Shown here: positions 32,164 to 42,552 of the stretch, in pieces
Layout: each line of letters opens with the position of its first letter
Numbering within the stretch: the stretch's first letter is position 1
From: an uncultured Acidobacteriota bacterium
GTDB taxonomy: Bacteria; Acidobacteriota; Thermoanaerobaculia; UBA5066; DATFVB01
NCBI GenBank assembly: GCA_963813155.1
Contig: CAWEYG010000002.1
Coordinates: 416,001-480,000, forward strand
Length of the DNA: 64,000 nucleotides
Reading direction: 5' to 3'
Position numbers and translations under genes: made by a program
The notes under the pieces: generated by a model
Databases searched by the model: none
What the model saw: the letters and a program-made list of their open reading frames with translations, nothing else
What the model was told of the DNA's origin: nothing

Positions 32164-35100
32164 TCAACGAATCGCCGGCTGTCCGTAATCGCGCACCCAC
32201 GCGTAGAACTTTTCGTTCGACACCGGCCTCGTCACCCATTCCTCGAGAAACTTCTCGTCCGGGAATTGTTCCGGTAAGGCGTACGGGTAGCGGCTCATGG
32301 AGTGGAACGGGTAAGGCCCGATCTCCGCTCCGCTCAGCGTGTTCTTGTCGAAATCCTTGTCCCAGCCGTCGGAAACGAGAATGTAGTCGCGCTTCCACCC
32401 CGCCCGCAGGGGGGGCAGCGCGCGCGCGTCGAAATCGATTCGAATCGAGTCGCCGCCGAGGAACGCGACCCACCTGTCGTCGCTTCGCGCGAGGAGCGGC
32501 GTGACGTCGCCGTAGCGCGTGACCCGGCCGGAAACGTCCGCCCAGTGCGGCTGCCCCGAGACCTCGTCGTGGTCGAACACTTCCGGCCCGTCCGGCGTGT
32601 CCCGATACCGCCGCGAGAAACCCCGCTCGGAAAGCGTCGCGCGGACCGGCGACAGCTCCGTCGTCGCGACTTCGACGGCAGGATCGTTCACGGTCACGAA
32701 CGCCTGGTCCCAGTAGACCTCCATGGTCGTTCGAATTCGGACCCGGGGGTCGCGGGGATCGACGATCCCCGTCAGGTCGACCGGCATCGTCTTCGTCTTC
32801 CCGGCGGGAAACCCGAACGACTCGATCGCGACCCTCCAGCCCCCTTTTCCGTCCGGCACTTCGAGCAGGGGCGGGAAGGGGCGGACGTCGCTTCGCTGGG
32901 AGAGCGATACGTTGATTGACGTGTCGGTATAAAAGATCCAGCCGTTGAGAAACAGCATCACACGATCGCCCGCGCGAATCGGACCGAGGTCGAGCGTCAG
33001 AGAATGCTCGCTGCGCACGCCCTGGTAGGCCGTCGGGAGCCCCGGCGCGACGTACCGGCGATCCTCTCTCGCGAGGAGGTCCGTGACATCGACGCCGCCG
33101 TCGGCCCATGCCTTCCGGACGGGTCGCGGCCGCGCGACCGTGAAGATTTTCTTCTCCAGAATGCCGGGCACCATTCGTTCGTTCGGAACGAAGTCGGTTC
33201 CCGCCGGGTGATCGACCGCGACGAGGCGCGCCATGTCGAGAAAGGCCGCCTCCCAGAGCTCCTCCGTGTAATCGAGCTCCAGCCGCCCGTCCCGATCCGG
33301 CGAAAGCATCGCGCCGGGGATCTTCAGCCATTCGCGGGGGTCGGCGCCGGCCGCGTGTACCCCATCGTAGAGAAGGCCGAGGGGAGCGCGGCCGAGCGCG
33401 TCGGAGACGAAGCTCCATTTGCCGGTCGCCCCGTTGCGCGCGTACACGAACGGGCAAGAGCCCTTGAGCTGCTGGATCTCGTGGATCGTCGTTGACGCTC
33501 TCTGGTCGAAGAGATTCTGAGGGACCCCGTTCGTCCAGACGCACCGGACGACGTCCGCCTTCGGCCGCTTGCCGAGGCCGAAATGCGTCGGAAGAACGGT
33601 CACGGTCTGCGCGACGTAGAGGTCGCCCGCCTTCACTTCGAGAAGCGAGCCGACTCCTTCGCGGTTGACCTTGCCGGACCCCGAAGCGAGCCCCTGAAGG
33701 GTCACATCGAGCCAGCCGTTCGCGTTGCCGCCGTCGTTTTCGAGGAGCTTCGGGCCGCTCGCCGTCGCGAGCGCGAGGTCGAGATCTCCGTCCCGGTCGA
33801 AGTCGACGGCAACGATCGCGTCAACCGGATCCGCGATCTTCGGGGCGATCGGCCACCAGGTGAACGTCTCGAAACCGGCGTTCCGGTAGACGATCAGCCC
33901 GGACTCGCCGCCGACGGCGATATCGGGAAATCCGTCGTTGTCGAGATCGGCGATCGCGACGCTCCGCGGAACGAAACCTGCCGGGAGCTTCGCAAGGTCT
34001 CCCCCGGCAGCGCGCTCGAACTTTCCATCCCCCTTGTTGATGAGGAGAATGAGGGACTTCTTCGTCGCGACGACAAGGTCCGGAAGGCCGTCCGCGTCGA
34101 GATCGGCAACGGCGACGTCCACCGCTCCCGCGACGCCGAGAGAAACGTCCTGAAACCGACCCTGGCGCAGGTTCGACCGAACGACGAGGTCTCCCCGCGA
34201 GGTCACGCAGACGAGATCGGGATCGCCATCCCGGTCCACGTCCGCGACGACGACTCTCGACGATGAGAATTTCGCGTCTCCCGTCGCCGAGGTGGCGTCC
34301 GCCCAGGTTCCGTCGAGGTTGTTCCGAAGGAGCCGGTCGGGACCGCCCGAACCGAAGAGGTAGACGTCCAGGTCGCCGTCGAGATCGAAATCGAGAAACG
34401 CCGCGGCCCGATAGGGCGAAGGAATCGAGTAGGCCTGCGGAGCTCCCGAGTTCGAGAGGTCCACCCGGTAGCGAATCGCGTCCGGCGCGAATTCCCGCGC
34501 CCGCGCGGACTTTTCCACGAGCCTCACGGCAACGGGGGATCCGGCCCTCGGCCGGAGCGACTCTTCGAAGGCCGCGCCGAACGACTCGATCGGCAGGCCC
34601 GCGACGTCCGTGTACAGCTCGGAAAGGGACTGGCGATAGCGGTCCGTCACGCGCAGGAGATTCTCGACGATCCGGAACTTCAGCACCGCCTCTTTCGCCG
34701 GACCGGATCGCAGGAGCTCGCGCCCCTCCGAGAAGAATTTGGAAACGCGAGGGTCCATCGGCTCAAGGATCTCCACGATCTTCGCGAGCGTCTCGCGCGC
34801 GGCATCGGTCTCTCCCGAATCGATCCGCAGCAGGAGGAGCTTGAGAAGGGCCGCGAGGTTCGACGGGGACGCGCGAAGGATCTCCTGGAGATACCGGGCG
34901 AGCTCGGCCCGATTTCCCTTCTCGGCCGGGTCGATCTCCGCCGAGCGAATCCATCTCCAGCGCGATTCGAGATCTCGCGGCGAGGCCGCGGCCGCCTTCG
35001 CGAGCAGCGCGCGCATCGCCGGAGCATCGTTTTTCGCGCTCTCGATCGCCGCGCCGATCGCGTACAGGTCCGCTCTCGGCGGACCGAGGGACATCGCCCG

Positions 35101-35364
35101 GGCGAGGAGTTTCGAGGCCTCGGGCAGATCGTTGCTCCGCAGCGCCGCGACCGACGCGTCGGCGGGAGGCAGGGCGTCCCGCGGAACGAGCTCCGCGAGC
35201 TTCTGGAACGAGGCGAGCGCCTCGCGGTTCTTCCCCTCTTCGAGCTCCGCGAGACCCCGGTTCTTCAGGGAGAGGATCACGGCGGCTCGATCCGGGCTCG
35301 CCGCGGCAGCCGCCCGCGCGAGAACCGCGGCGGCAAGGACGGGAAGGAAGACGAATCGCCTCAA
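32164..35364 (-). CDS. Large secreted TPR + FG-GAP + ASPIC/UnbV protein with C-terminal domain of unknown function
   Basis: Signal peptide, TPR-like helices (NRGLAELE), DxDxDGD repeats, HFGLG...WTNGVPQ, KGSCP, GWDKD, PFHSMSRYPY. Confidence 0.85.
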   Translation of the reverse strand: MRRFVFLPVLAAAVLARAAAAASPDRAAVILSLKNRGLAELEEGKNREALASFQKLAELVPRDALPPADASVAALRSNDLPEASKLLARAMSLGPPRADLYAIGAAIESAKNDAPAMRALLAKAAAASPRDLESRWRWIRSAEIDPAEKGNRAELARYLQEILRASPSNLAALLKLLLLRIDSGETDAARETLAKIVEILEPMDPRVSKFFSEGRELLRSGPAKEAVLKFRIVENLLRVTDRYRQSLSELYTDVAGLPIESFGAAFEESLRPRAGSPVAVRLVEKSARAREFAPDAIRYRVDLSNSGAPQAYSIPSPYRAAAFLDFDLDGDLDVYLFGSGGPDRLLRNNLDGTWADATSATGDAKFSSSRVVVADVDRDGDPDLVCVTSRGDLVVRSNLRQGRFQDVSLGVAGAVDVAVADLDADGLPDLVVATKKSLILLINKGDGKFERAAGGDLAKLPAGFVPRSVAIADLDNDGFPDIAVGGESGLIVYRNAGFETFTWWPIAPKIADPVDAIVAVDFDRDGDLDLALATASGPKLLENDGGNANGWLDVTLQGLASGSGKVNREGVGSLLEVKAGDLYVAQTVTVLPTHFGLGKRPKADVVRCVWTNGVPQNLFDQRASTTIHEIQQLKGSCPFVYARNGATGKWSFVSDALGRAPLGLLYDGVHAAGADPREWLKIPGAMLSPDRDGRLELDYTEELWEAAFLDMARLVAVDHPAGTDFVPNERMVPGILEKKIFTVARPRPVRKAWADGGVDVTDLLAREDRRYVAPGLPTAYQGVRSEHSLTLDLGPIRAGDRVMLFLNGWIFYTDTSINVSLSQRSDVRPFPPLLEVPDGKGGWRVAIESFGFPAGKTKTMPVDLTGIVDPRDPRVRIRTTMEVYWDQAFVTVNDPAVEVATTELSPVRATLSERGFSRRYRDTPDGPEVFDHDEVSGQPHWADVSGRVTRYGDVTPLLARSDDRWVAFLGGDSIRIDFDARALPPLRAGWKRDYILVSDGWDKDFDKNTLSGAEIGPYPFHSMSRYPYALPEQFPDEKFLEEWVTRPVSNEKFYAWVRDYGQPAIR

Positions 35365-35413
35365 CCGCGCGAATTCTATCGGTTCTGCGAAGGCGTGAGA
35401 TATAAATCGCGGG

Positions 35414-36142
35414 ATGAAAATCGTCGGGGTCATCCCGTCGCGGCTCGGGTCGACGCGGCTGCCGAGAAAGCCGCTCGCCGTGATCGCCGGAAAGGCGATG
35501 GTCGAGCGCGTCTACGAGGGAGCGCGGGGCTTCGGGGGCTGGGCGAGCCTCGTCGTCGCGACGGATTCGGACGAGATCCTCGCTTTCTGCCGTTCCCGCG
35601 GAATCGACGCGGAGCTGACGTCTTCTTCGCACGTGTCCGGGACCGACCGGATCCGCGAGATCGCATCCCGACGCGAGGCGGACGTGTACGTCAACGTCCA
35701 GGGAGACGAGCCGATGGTGACCGCGGCCCACATCGAAGCGCTCGTGCGCCCGTTTCTCTCCGGCCCGGGCGTCTCCGTCACGACGCTCGCGCTCCCCCTT
35801 CCCGAGGCGGAGGCCGGCAATCCGAATACCGTCAAGGTCGTTTCGCGAAGGGACGGACGAGCTCTCTATTTCTCGCGCAGCCCGATACCGTTCGATCGCG
35901 ACGGCGCCGGGGCCCGCTATTGGAAGCACCTCGGCTTCTACGCGTACCGGGGCGAAATGCTGAACGCGTTTTCGAGCCTTTCCCCTTCCCCTCTCGAAAC
36001 GGCCGAGCGGCTCGAGCAGCTGCGATTCCTCGAGAACGGAATCGACATCCACGTCGCCGAATCGCCGGCCGACACCTGGAGCGTCGACACCGCGGAAGAT
36101 CTCGCGCGCGTCGAAAAATATTTCCAAAAACTCTCCTCGTAA
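35414..36142 (+). CDS. kdsB: 3-deoxy-manno-octulosonate cytidylyltransferase
   Basis: IPSRLGSTRLPRKPL, SGTDR, VNVQGDEP, LYFSRSPIP, LEQLRFLENG. Confidence 0.95.
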   Translation: MKIVGVIPSRLGSTRLPRKPLAVIAGKAMVERVYEGARGFGGWASLVVATDSDEILAFCRSRGIDAELTSSSHVSGTDRIREIASRREADVYVNVQGDEPMVTAAHIEALVRPFLSGPGVSVTTLALPLPEAEAGNPNTVKVVSRRDGRALYFSRSPIPFDRDGAGARYWKHLGFYAYRGEMLNAFSSLSPSPLETAERLEQLRFLENGIDIHVAESPADTWSVDTAEDLARVEKYFQKLSS

Positions 36143-36267
36143 AACTTTCCCGCCGGACCTCGAATTTCGGCATCCCTCTTGCTCATATCTCCAGTGGGGC
36201 TCCGGCACAGAGCATGTCTGGCCGAGAGTCGCCGAATGAGGACTTTGCCAATTAAGGAGGTTTGCAC

Positions 36268-36891
36268 ATGACGAAACGATTGACTCTTCTCGCCGGCGTG
36301 GCCCTCGGCTGTGCCGCGGCCGCGTTCGGCCAGAATTCGACAACGTATGAGAAGACCCAGCAATCGACCGACGGCACCGTCACGACGACGACCCGCACCA
36401 CTTTCAGCGGACCGATCGTCAGCTACGAGCCGGGCCAGGCGATCGTTCTCCGGGAAGACGGCAAGACCGTACGGTACGTACTGAGCCCCGGCGCCGAGAT
36501 CCCCTCGGATGTCGCGGTGGGCAAAGTCGTGACCGTGACGACGACGCCCGACTCGAAGACCGTGACCCGCGTGGTCACCACGGACACGAACATGCGGGGC
36601 GAGCCCCGGCAAACGACGGAAACCCGGGAAGTCGATTCTTCGGGCAACGTCACCACCACGAAGGAAACGACCGTGTACGGCACCGTCTCTTCCTTTGAGG
36701 CTGGAAAGTCCCTGACGATCACCGACAAGCACGGCAAGCGCGTGACCTACGTCGTGACCGACCAGTCCCAGCTTCCCACCTCGATCAAGATCGGGAAGAA
36801 GGTCCGGATCTACACGATCCCGGCCGAAGGGAGCTCGGGTCCCGTCGTGAAACGGGTCACCGTGACGACCGAGACGAATACTCCGGAATAA
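36268..36891 (+). CDS. Secreted Thr-rich protein with two internal beta-rich repeats
   Basis: AAGGAGG RBS; signal peptide; GPIVSYEPGQAIVL...YVL versus GTVSSFEAGKSLTI...YVV. Confidence 0.8.
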   Translation: MTKRLTLLAGVALGCAAAAFGQNSTTYEKTQQSTDGTVTTTTRTTFSGPIVSYEPGQAIVLREDGKTVRYVLSPGAEIPSDVAVGKVVTVTTTPDSKTVTRVVTTDTNMRGEPRQTTETREVDSSGNVTTTKETTVYGTVSSFEAGKSLTITDKHGKRVTYVVTDQSQLPTSIKIGKKVRIYTIPAEGSSGPVVKRVTVTTETNTPE

Positions 36892-36919
36892 CATTCCCAC
36901 GGCCCCACAGCCACGGGAT

Positions 36920-36953
36920 CGCCCGCCGCCGCTCCGGCGGCGGGCGCGTTTTT
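36920..36953 (+). terminator. Rho-independent terminator between convergent genes
   Basis: 12-bp stem cgcccgccgccg/cggcggcgggcg followed by a T run. Confidence 0.75.
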
Positions 36954-36955
36954 CC

Positions 36956-38119
36956 TCAGTCCATCTGCCGGCGAAGCACCGTCGGAATGTCGAAATCCTC
37001 GCCCCGCGCGGAGGCGTTCGGGCCGAACCCCGTCGGGTCGTCGCCGCGCAGGAAGTGAGAGCGCTTCGGCGACGGCTCGACTTCCTCTTCCTGCTGCGCT
37101 TTCGCTTTGCCGCGCTCGTGCTCCGAGTCGAACCCGGTCGCGATGACGGTCACCTTGACGGATCCGGTCAGCCGCTCGTCGGTGACGCAGCCGAAGATGA
37201 TCTCGGCGTCGGGGTCCGCCGCGCGCTGGATGATTTCCGCGGCCTCGTTGATCTCGAAGAGCGTCAGGTCGGCCCCTCCGGTGATGTTGATCAGCACTCC
37301 GCGCGCGCCTTCGATCGACGCGTCCTCGAGAAGCGGCGAGGAGATCGCGGCCTGGGCGGCGGCAACCGCACGGTTCTCGCCGGAGGCGACACCCGTGCCC
37401 ATGAGGGCCCGACCCATGTCCGCCATGATCTTCTTCACGTCCGCGAAATCCAGGTTGATTTCGCCGGGAGAGGTGATGAGGTCGGAGATTCCTTGAATCG
37501 CCTGCCGGAGGATGTCGTCGGCGATTCGGAAGGCTTCGAGGTGCGTCGTGTTGCGTTCGACGAACGAGAGGAGGCGCTGGTTGGGGACCGTGATCAGCGT
37601 GTCCACGTGGTCGCGCAACTCGCGCATTCCCCTCTCCGCCTGCCGCATGCGCTTGGCCCCCTCGAAGAGAAAAGGCTTCGTGACGATGCCGACCGTGAGC
37701 GCTCCCTGCTCCGCCGCGAGCTTCGCGATCACGGGAGCGGCGCCGGTGCCCGTGCCGCCGCCCAGGCCCGCGGCGATGAACACCATGTCGGAGCCGGCGA
37801 GGGTCGCGCCGAGCTTCTCCAGGTCCTCGAGGGCGGCGTTCTTCCCGATGTCCGGGTCGGCGCCCGCCCCCAGGCCTTTCGTCAGGCGTGAGCCAAGTTG
37901 AACCTTATGAGGAGCTTGCGACTTCCTCAGCGCCTGCAGATCCGTGTTGCAGGCGATGAACTCGATCCCGCGGATCCCCGCGGCGATCATCCGGTTGACG
38001 GCATTCGAGCCGCCACCTCCCACTCCCAGCACGCGGATCCGCGCGGGAGCGGCATCGGAGTCTTCGAGCTCGATCGGGAGCCGATGGTCGGGGGATTCGT
38101 CGAACGTGATCATCGTCAT
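36956..38119 (-). CDS. ftsZ: Cell division protein FtsZ
   Basis: [25 protein letters not shown]-terminal DIPTVLR. Confidence 0.98.
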   Translation of the reverse strand: MTMITFDESPDHRLPIELEDSDAAPARIRVLGVGGGGSNAVNRMIAAGIRGIEFIACNTDLQALRKSQAPHKVQLGSRLTKGLGAGADPDIGKNAALEDLEKLGATLAGSDMVFIAAGLGGGTGTGAAPVIAKLAAEQGALTVGIVTKPFLFEGAKRMRQAERGMRELRDHVDTLITVPNQRLLSFVERNTTHLEAFRIADDILRQAIQGISDLITSPGEINLDFADVKKIMADMGRALMGTGVASGENRAVAAAQAAISSPLLEDASIEGARGVLINITGGADLTLFEINEAAEIIQRAADPDAEIIFGCVTDERLTGSVKVTVIATGFDSEHERGKAKAQQEEEVEPSPKRSHFLRGDDPTGFGPNASARGEDFDIPTVLRRQMD

Positions 38120-38123
38120 CTCC

Positions 38124-39341
38124 TCAGAAAAAGTCTCCGAAAAACTTCTTCACGCGCGCCAGCGAAAAACCCTTTGGCTTTCGATGGGCCTGGTACCTTT
38201 GTCCGTAGAGCAAGAGCCCGGTCGCCACCGCCCACTCCGGGCGCGAGACGACGTCGACGAGTCCTCCGATTCCCGTGGAGGGTACGCCTCGACGTACCGG
38301 TCCGTCAAAGACCGTCTCGGCGACTTCGAGGAGGCCGTCCATTTCCGAACCGCCCCCGGTGAGCACGTAGCCCGACCGAAGATCCGAGTCGAGGCCCAGT
38401 CTCTTGACCTCGTCGCGAACGAGAGTCATCAATTCTTCCGCGCGCGGCTGCAGAATGTCCGCGAGCATCGTCCGGGGGCACAGCTTCGGCGTGCGGCCGC
38501 CGACCATCGGGACCTCGACCATTTCCTCCTCGGAAACCGAGGATCGGAGCGCGGAGCCCGACTTTTTCTTGATTCGCTCCGCGTCGGGGATCGGCGTGCG
38601 CAGCACGACCGCGAGATCGTTCGTGAAATGGTCGCCGCCGACGGGCAGCACGGCCGTGTGCGCGATCGAGCCCTTCTGGTAGACGGCGACTTCCGTCGTT
38701 CCGCCGCCGATGTCCGCGAGGCAGACGCCGAGCTCCTTCTCGTCGGCGGCCAGGACCGCCTCGGCGGCCGCAAACTGCTCCAGAACGAGCTCGACGACCT
38801 CGATGCCCGACTTGTTGAGGCACGCGGCCAGGTTCTGGGACACCGCGATGGGCGCGGTCACGATGTGGACGTTCGCTTCGAGCCTCGCCCCCACCATCCC
38901 GAGGGGGTCCGCGATCCCGTCCTGCCCGTCCACGGAGAACTCCCGCGGGATCGCGTGGACGATTTCGTGGTCCTGGGGTACCTGCACGGATTTCGCGGCG
39001 TCGACGACGCGGAAAATGTCCTCGCGCGAGATCTCGCGGGCCTTCCCGGAGACGGCCACGACGCCCCGGCTGTTGAACGAGCGGACCGACGAGCCCGAGA
39101 GGCCGGCGTAGGCGCGGGTGATCTGGGCTCCCGCCATGATCTCGGCCTCCTCGGCCGATCTCTTGATCGCCTCGACGGTGGAATCCACGTTGATGATGTT
39201 CCCCTTGCGGGCGCCGCGGTGCGCCGTCGAGCCTTTTCCGAGGATGTCGAGCCCCCCGCGGGCGTTCGGCTCCCCGATGAGGATGCAGACCTTCGACGAC
39301 CCGATGTCGCACGCCACGAGGAAGCTCTCCGGTTTCGCCAT
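38124..39341 (-). CDS. ftsA: Cell division protein FtsA
   Basis: DIGSSK, DIGGGTT, VLTGGG. Confidence 0.96.
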   Translation of the reverse strand: MAKPESFLVACDIGSSKVCILIGEPNARGGLDILGKGSTAHRGARKGNIINVDSTVEAIKRSAEEAEIMAGAQITRAYAGLSGSSVRSFNSRGVVAVSGKAREISREDIFRVVDAAKSVQVPQDHEIVHAIPREFSVDGQDGIADPLGMVGARLEANVHIVTAPIAVSQNLAACLNKSGIEVVELVLEQFAAAEAVLAADEKELGVCLADIGGGTTEVAVYQKGSIAHTAVLPVGGDHFTNDLAVVLRTPIPDAERIKKKSGSALRSSVSEEEMVEVPMVGGRTPKLCPRTMLADILQPRAEELMTLVRDEVKRLGLDSDLRSGYVLTGGGSEMDGLLEVAETVFDGPVRRGVPSTGIGGLVDVVSRPEWAVATGLLLYGQRYQAHRKPKGFSLARVKKFFGDFF

Positions 39342-40096
39342 CAGACGCTCTTGCCTCCCCCGAATGCTCCGAGCAGAACGACGCGGCGCTCGAAGCGAAG
39401 GTCCACCCCGCGCGGCGACAGCCCGCGGGAAACGATCTCCGAGCGAAGAGAGAGGAGATCCCGCACCCGGGCCGGAGCATTCTCGGCCGAAACGTAAATC
39501 GGAATGCGAAGGCTCGAGTCCATCAGGGCAAACCCTCCCGAAGGGAGAGACCAGATCTCGGAGACCGACGAAGCATATGCCGGAATTTCCTTTTGAAGCG
39601 AGCCGAGAAGAGCGGCGGCTTCGGGAAGGCGTTCCGCGGGCGCCGTGATCACGGGGTAGTCTCCGGCTTCCTCGCGCGGATCGTAGGGCGCGACGACCTC
39701 GCCCGAGGTGCCGAGCCACGAAAGGGAGGACCCGATGCGGCAGAACGCGATCGCGGTCTTTTCCTTCACCGAAACCCGAAGCGCGTCGGGAAAGACTTTC
39801 GACACGGTCACGCGCTCCACCCACGGGGCCTTCTCGAGGGCGGCGGCGACCGGGGCGAGGTTCAACAGAAGCAGGTTTTTTCTCTCGAACGGCGCGAGCG
39901 CCGCCATGAGGTCGCGCGTTCGAGTGCGGCGAGTTCCTTCGAATTCGAACCGGCTCAACGCGAGCGCCGGGCCTCGAAGATACCGGTACGAGGCGCCGCC
40001 GGCGGCCGCGAGGAACAGGACCCAGAAGATCGCCGAGATGCGGCGCGGCCGCGAAGCCCTCGCGATTCCGGGACGGAGGAAACGTTTCGCGGTCAT
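39341..40096 (-). CDS. ftsQ: Cell division protein FtsQ
   Basis: TM + POTRA (PWVERVTVSKVFPD), C-terminal VDLRF; position in cluster. Confidence 0.88.
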   Translation of the reverse strand: MTAKRFLRPGIARASRPRRISAIFWVLFLAAAGGASYRYLRGPALALSRFEFEGTRRTRTRDLMAALAPFERKNLLLLNLAPVAAALEKAPWVERVTVSKVFPDALRVSVKEKTAIAFCRIGSSLSWLGTSGEVVAPYDPREEAGDYPVITAPAERLPEAAALLGSLQKEIPAYASSVSEIWSLPSGGFALMDSSLRIPIYVSAENAPARVRDLLSLRSEIVSRGLSPRGVDLRFERRVVLLGAFGGGKSV

Positions 40097-41472
40097 CCGG
40101 CCGCCCCCTTCAGGTATTCCTCGCCGAACCGATACACGTCGCCGGCCCCCATCGTGAGAAGGAGATCGCCGGGCCGCAGGTGGGTTTCGAGACCGGGCAG
40201 GACCTCGCTCCGCTTCTCGAGAAATACCGCCTGCCGATGCCCGAGCGAAGCGGCCTGGTCGACGACCATCCGCCCGGAAACGCCCGGAATCGGGGCCTCC
40301 CGGGAAGGGTAGATCTCGGTCACGAGCGCCACGTCGGCCGCGTTGAGCGCCCGCCCGAACTCGCGCGCGAAGTCGCGAGTCCGCGAGAAGAGGTGCGGCT
40401 GGAACAGCGCGACGAGGCGCCGCCGGGGGTGCGCCTGCCTCGCCGCCGCGAGCGTCGCGGAAACCTCGGTCGGATGGTGCGCGTAATCGTCGACGACGAG
40501 CACGTCGCCGCGCTCGCCCTTCACTTCGAAGCGCCTCGCGACGCCGTCGAAACTCGCGAGGGCTGCGGCCGCGACCGCGAACGGGATCGAGAGCTCGCGG
40601 GCCACGGCGAGCGCCGCGAGGGCGTTGCGGACGTTGTGGCGGCCGGGAAGGGGCAGGAACGCCTCGCCGGTGAATCCCGGCTCGTCGCCGGCGACGGTGA
40701 ACCGGGCTCCGGACGCATCGAGAGCGAGGTCGCGGGCTCGCAGCGACGCCTGGGGCGACTCGCCGAACGTCACGACGCGGCGAGAGAACCGCCGGATCAA
40801 CTCGCTCGCGTTCGGATCGTCCAGCCCCACGAAGACGGCGCCGTAGAACGGGACGCGGTTCGCGAACGCCGTGAACGCTCCCATGATCTCCGAGAGGTCC
40901 CGGTAACAGTCCAGGTGGTCCTCTTCCACGTTCGTGACGACGGCGAGCACCGGGGTCAGCTCCAGGAACGACCGGTCGTACTCGTCGGCTTCCGCGACGA
41001 GCCATTCGCCCTTGCCGAGGCGCGCGTTGGTCCCGAGGTAGTGCGCCCGGCCGCCGACGAGAATCGTCGGGTCGAGGTCCGCGGCCAGGAGAATCGCGCC
41101 GATCATCGACGTCGTCGTCGTTTTTCCGTGCGTGCCGGCGACCGCGATCCCCTGCTTCAGGCGCATGATCTCGCCGAGCATCTCGGCCCGGCGAATCACC
41201 GGAATCGCCCTCGCTCGAGCCTGCTTCACCTCGTCGTTGTCCTCGGCGAGCGCGGACGTGATCACGAGGAGATCCACGGAGTCGACGTGGCTCGCGGAAT
41301 GCCCGATCGAAACGGAAATGCCGAGCGACCGGAGGCGGCGCGTCGTGTCCGATTCAGCCGCGTCGCAGCCGGAAATCGAGAGCGGATACGAGAGCAGGAG
41401 CTCCGCCAGCCCCGACATTCCGACGCCGCCGATGCCGACGAAATGGATGCGGGAAAGCTTCAGGAACCTCAC
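40093..41472 (-). CDS. murC: UDP-N-acetylmuramate--L-alanine ligase
   Basis: HFVGIGGVGMSG, GTHGKTTT, EADEYD, DDYAHHP, FQPH. Confidence 0.96.
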   Translation of the reverse strand: MRFLKLSRIHFVGIGGVGMSGLAELLLSYPLSISGCDAAESDTTRRLRSLGISVSIGHSASHVDSVDLLVITSALAEDNDEVKQARARAIPVIRRAEMLGEIMRLKQGIAVAGTHGKTTTTSMIGAILLAADLDPTILVGGRAHYLGTNARLGKGEWLVAEADEYDRSFLELTPVLAVVTNVEEDHLDCYRDLSEIMGAFTAFANRVPFYGAVFVGLDDPNASELIRRFSRRVVTFGESPQASLRARDLALDASGARFTVAGDEPGFTGEAFLPLPGRHNVRNALAALAVARELSIPFAVAAAALASFDGVARRFEVKGERGDVLVVDDYAHHPTEVSATLAAARQAHPRRRLVALFQPHLFSRTRDFAREFGRALNAADVALVTEIYPSREAPIPGVSGRMVVDQAASLGHRQAVFLEKRSEVLPGLETHLRPGDLLLTMGAGDVYRFGEEYLKGAAG

Positions 41473-42551
41473 GAGACTTCTCCCGCGACCGTGAAGAAGA
41501 GGTCGACGATCCGCCGCGTCGCGTCGGGACGCGACAGCGCCCGCGCGGCTTTTCCCATCGCGACGAGCCGTTCGGGCGAGGAAAGGAGCATTTCGATGTC
41601 GGGCGCGATTCGCTCGTCCGCCTCGACTTCCCGCACCACGATCGCCGCTCCGGCCGCTTCCATCTCCCGCGCGTTGGCCTCCTGGTGGCCGTGCGTGGCG
41701 GCCGCGAAGGGAACGAGGACGGCGGGTCGTCCGGCGGCGCAGAGCTCGGCGACCGTGAGCGCTCCCGCACGGCAAACGACGAGGTCGGACCCTTCGAGCT
41801 GCTTCCAGATCTCCGGAAAGAACGCCTCGACCGTCGCATCCGGGAAGGACTCGAAAGCGGCTCGCACCGAGGCGAGCTCCCTGTCTCCCGTCTGGGCGAC
41901 GACGCGAATTCCCGCCGCCCGAAGCGCGGACGCGGACCGGACCAGCGCGCGATTCAGCGCGCGCGAGCCCTGGCTCCCGCCGAAGAAGAACACGATCCTC
42001 GATCGGGGCCGCGACTCGAGCGACGCCACGTCGAAGAATTCCGGGCGAACGGGGTTGCCGGTCCAGACCGCGCGCGCGCCGAACCGCGACGCGGCGGATT
42101 CGAATCCAACCGCGGCCGCGGCGGCGAATCGCCCCGCGATCCGATTCGCGACCCCCGGCACGGAGTTCTGCTCCTGGATCATCGCCGGAATCCCCGAGAA
42201 TCTCGCCGCCAGGACGACGGGAAGCGAAGCGTATCCGCCAACGCCCAGAACGGCGCGGACGCGGCGGCGGCGAAGCAGCGAGCGCGCCTGGAAGAATCCC
42301 CGGACGAGCGACAGGAGCGCTCCCATTTTGGAACGCCAACCCGTTCCGACGAAGCCGGAAGCGGAAACGAACTCGATCGGAAATCCCTCGCGGGGCGCCA
42401 CGCGGGCTTCCATCCCGCGCGGAGTGCCGACGAACAGCACCTCGGCGAGCGGCCGGCGCCTCCGGATCTCGCGCGCGATCGCGACGGCCGGGAACACGTG
42501 GCCCCCGGTGCCCCCGCCCGCGAGAACGAATGCTCCACTCCCTTCCTCCAT
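41469..42551 (-). CDS. murG: Lipid I N-acetylglucosaminyltransferase
   Basis: GGGTGGH, GNPVR, GGSQG, RAGALT, HQEANA. Confidence 0.96.
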   Translation of the reverse strand: MEEGSGAFVLAGGGTGGHVFPAVAIAREIRRRRPLAEVLFVGTPRGMEARVAPREGFPIEFVSASGFVGTGWRSKMGALLSLVRGFFQARSLLRRRRVRAVLGVGGYASLPVVLAARFSGIPAMIQEQNSVPGVANRIAGRFAAAAAVGFESAASRFGARAVWTGNPVRPEFFDVASLESRPRSRIVFFFGGSQGSRALNRALVRSASALRAAGIRVVAQTGDRELASVRAAFESFPDATVEAFFPEIWKQLEGSDLVVCRAGALTVAELCAAGRPAVLVPFAAATHGHQEANAREMEAAGAAIVVREVEADERIAPDIEMLLSSPERLVAMGKAARALSRPDATRRIVDLFFTVAGEVS

Positions 42552-42552
42552 C

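Noticed and set aside
19120-34400. Recurring gacggcgacgg-type nucleotide repeats as a CRISPR or DNA repeat array
   Set aside because: They encode DxDGDG FG-GAP motifs with irregular spacing; no repeat-spacer structure or cas genes
18533-35364. Enediyne biosynthetic cluster
   Set aside because: No iterative PKS, thioesterase or recognisable UnbU partner in the window
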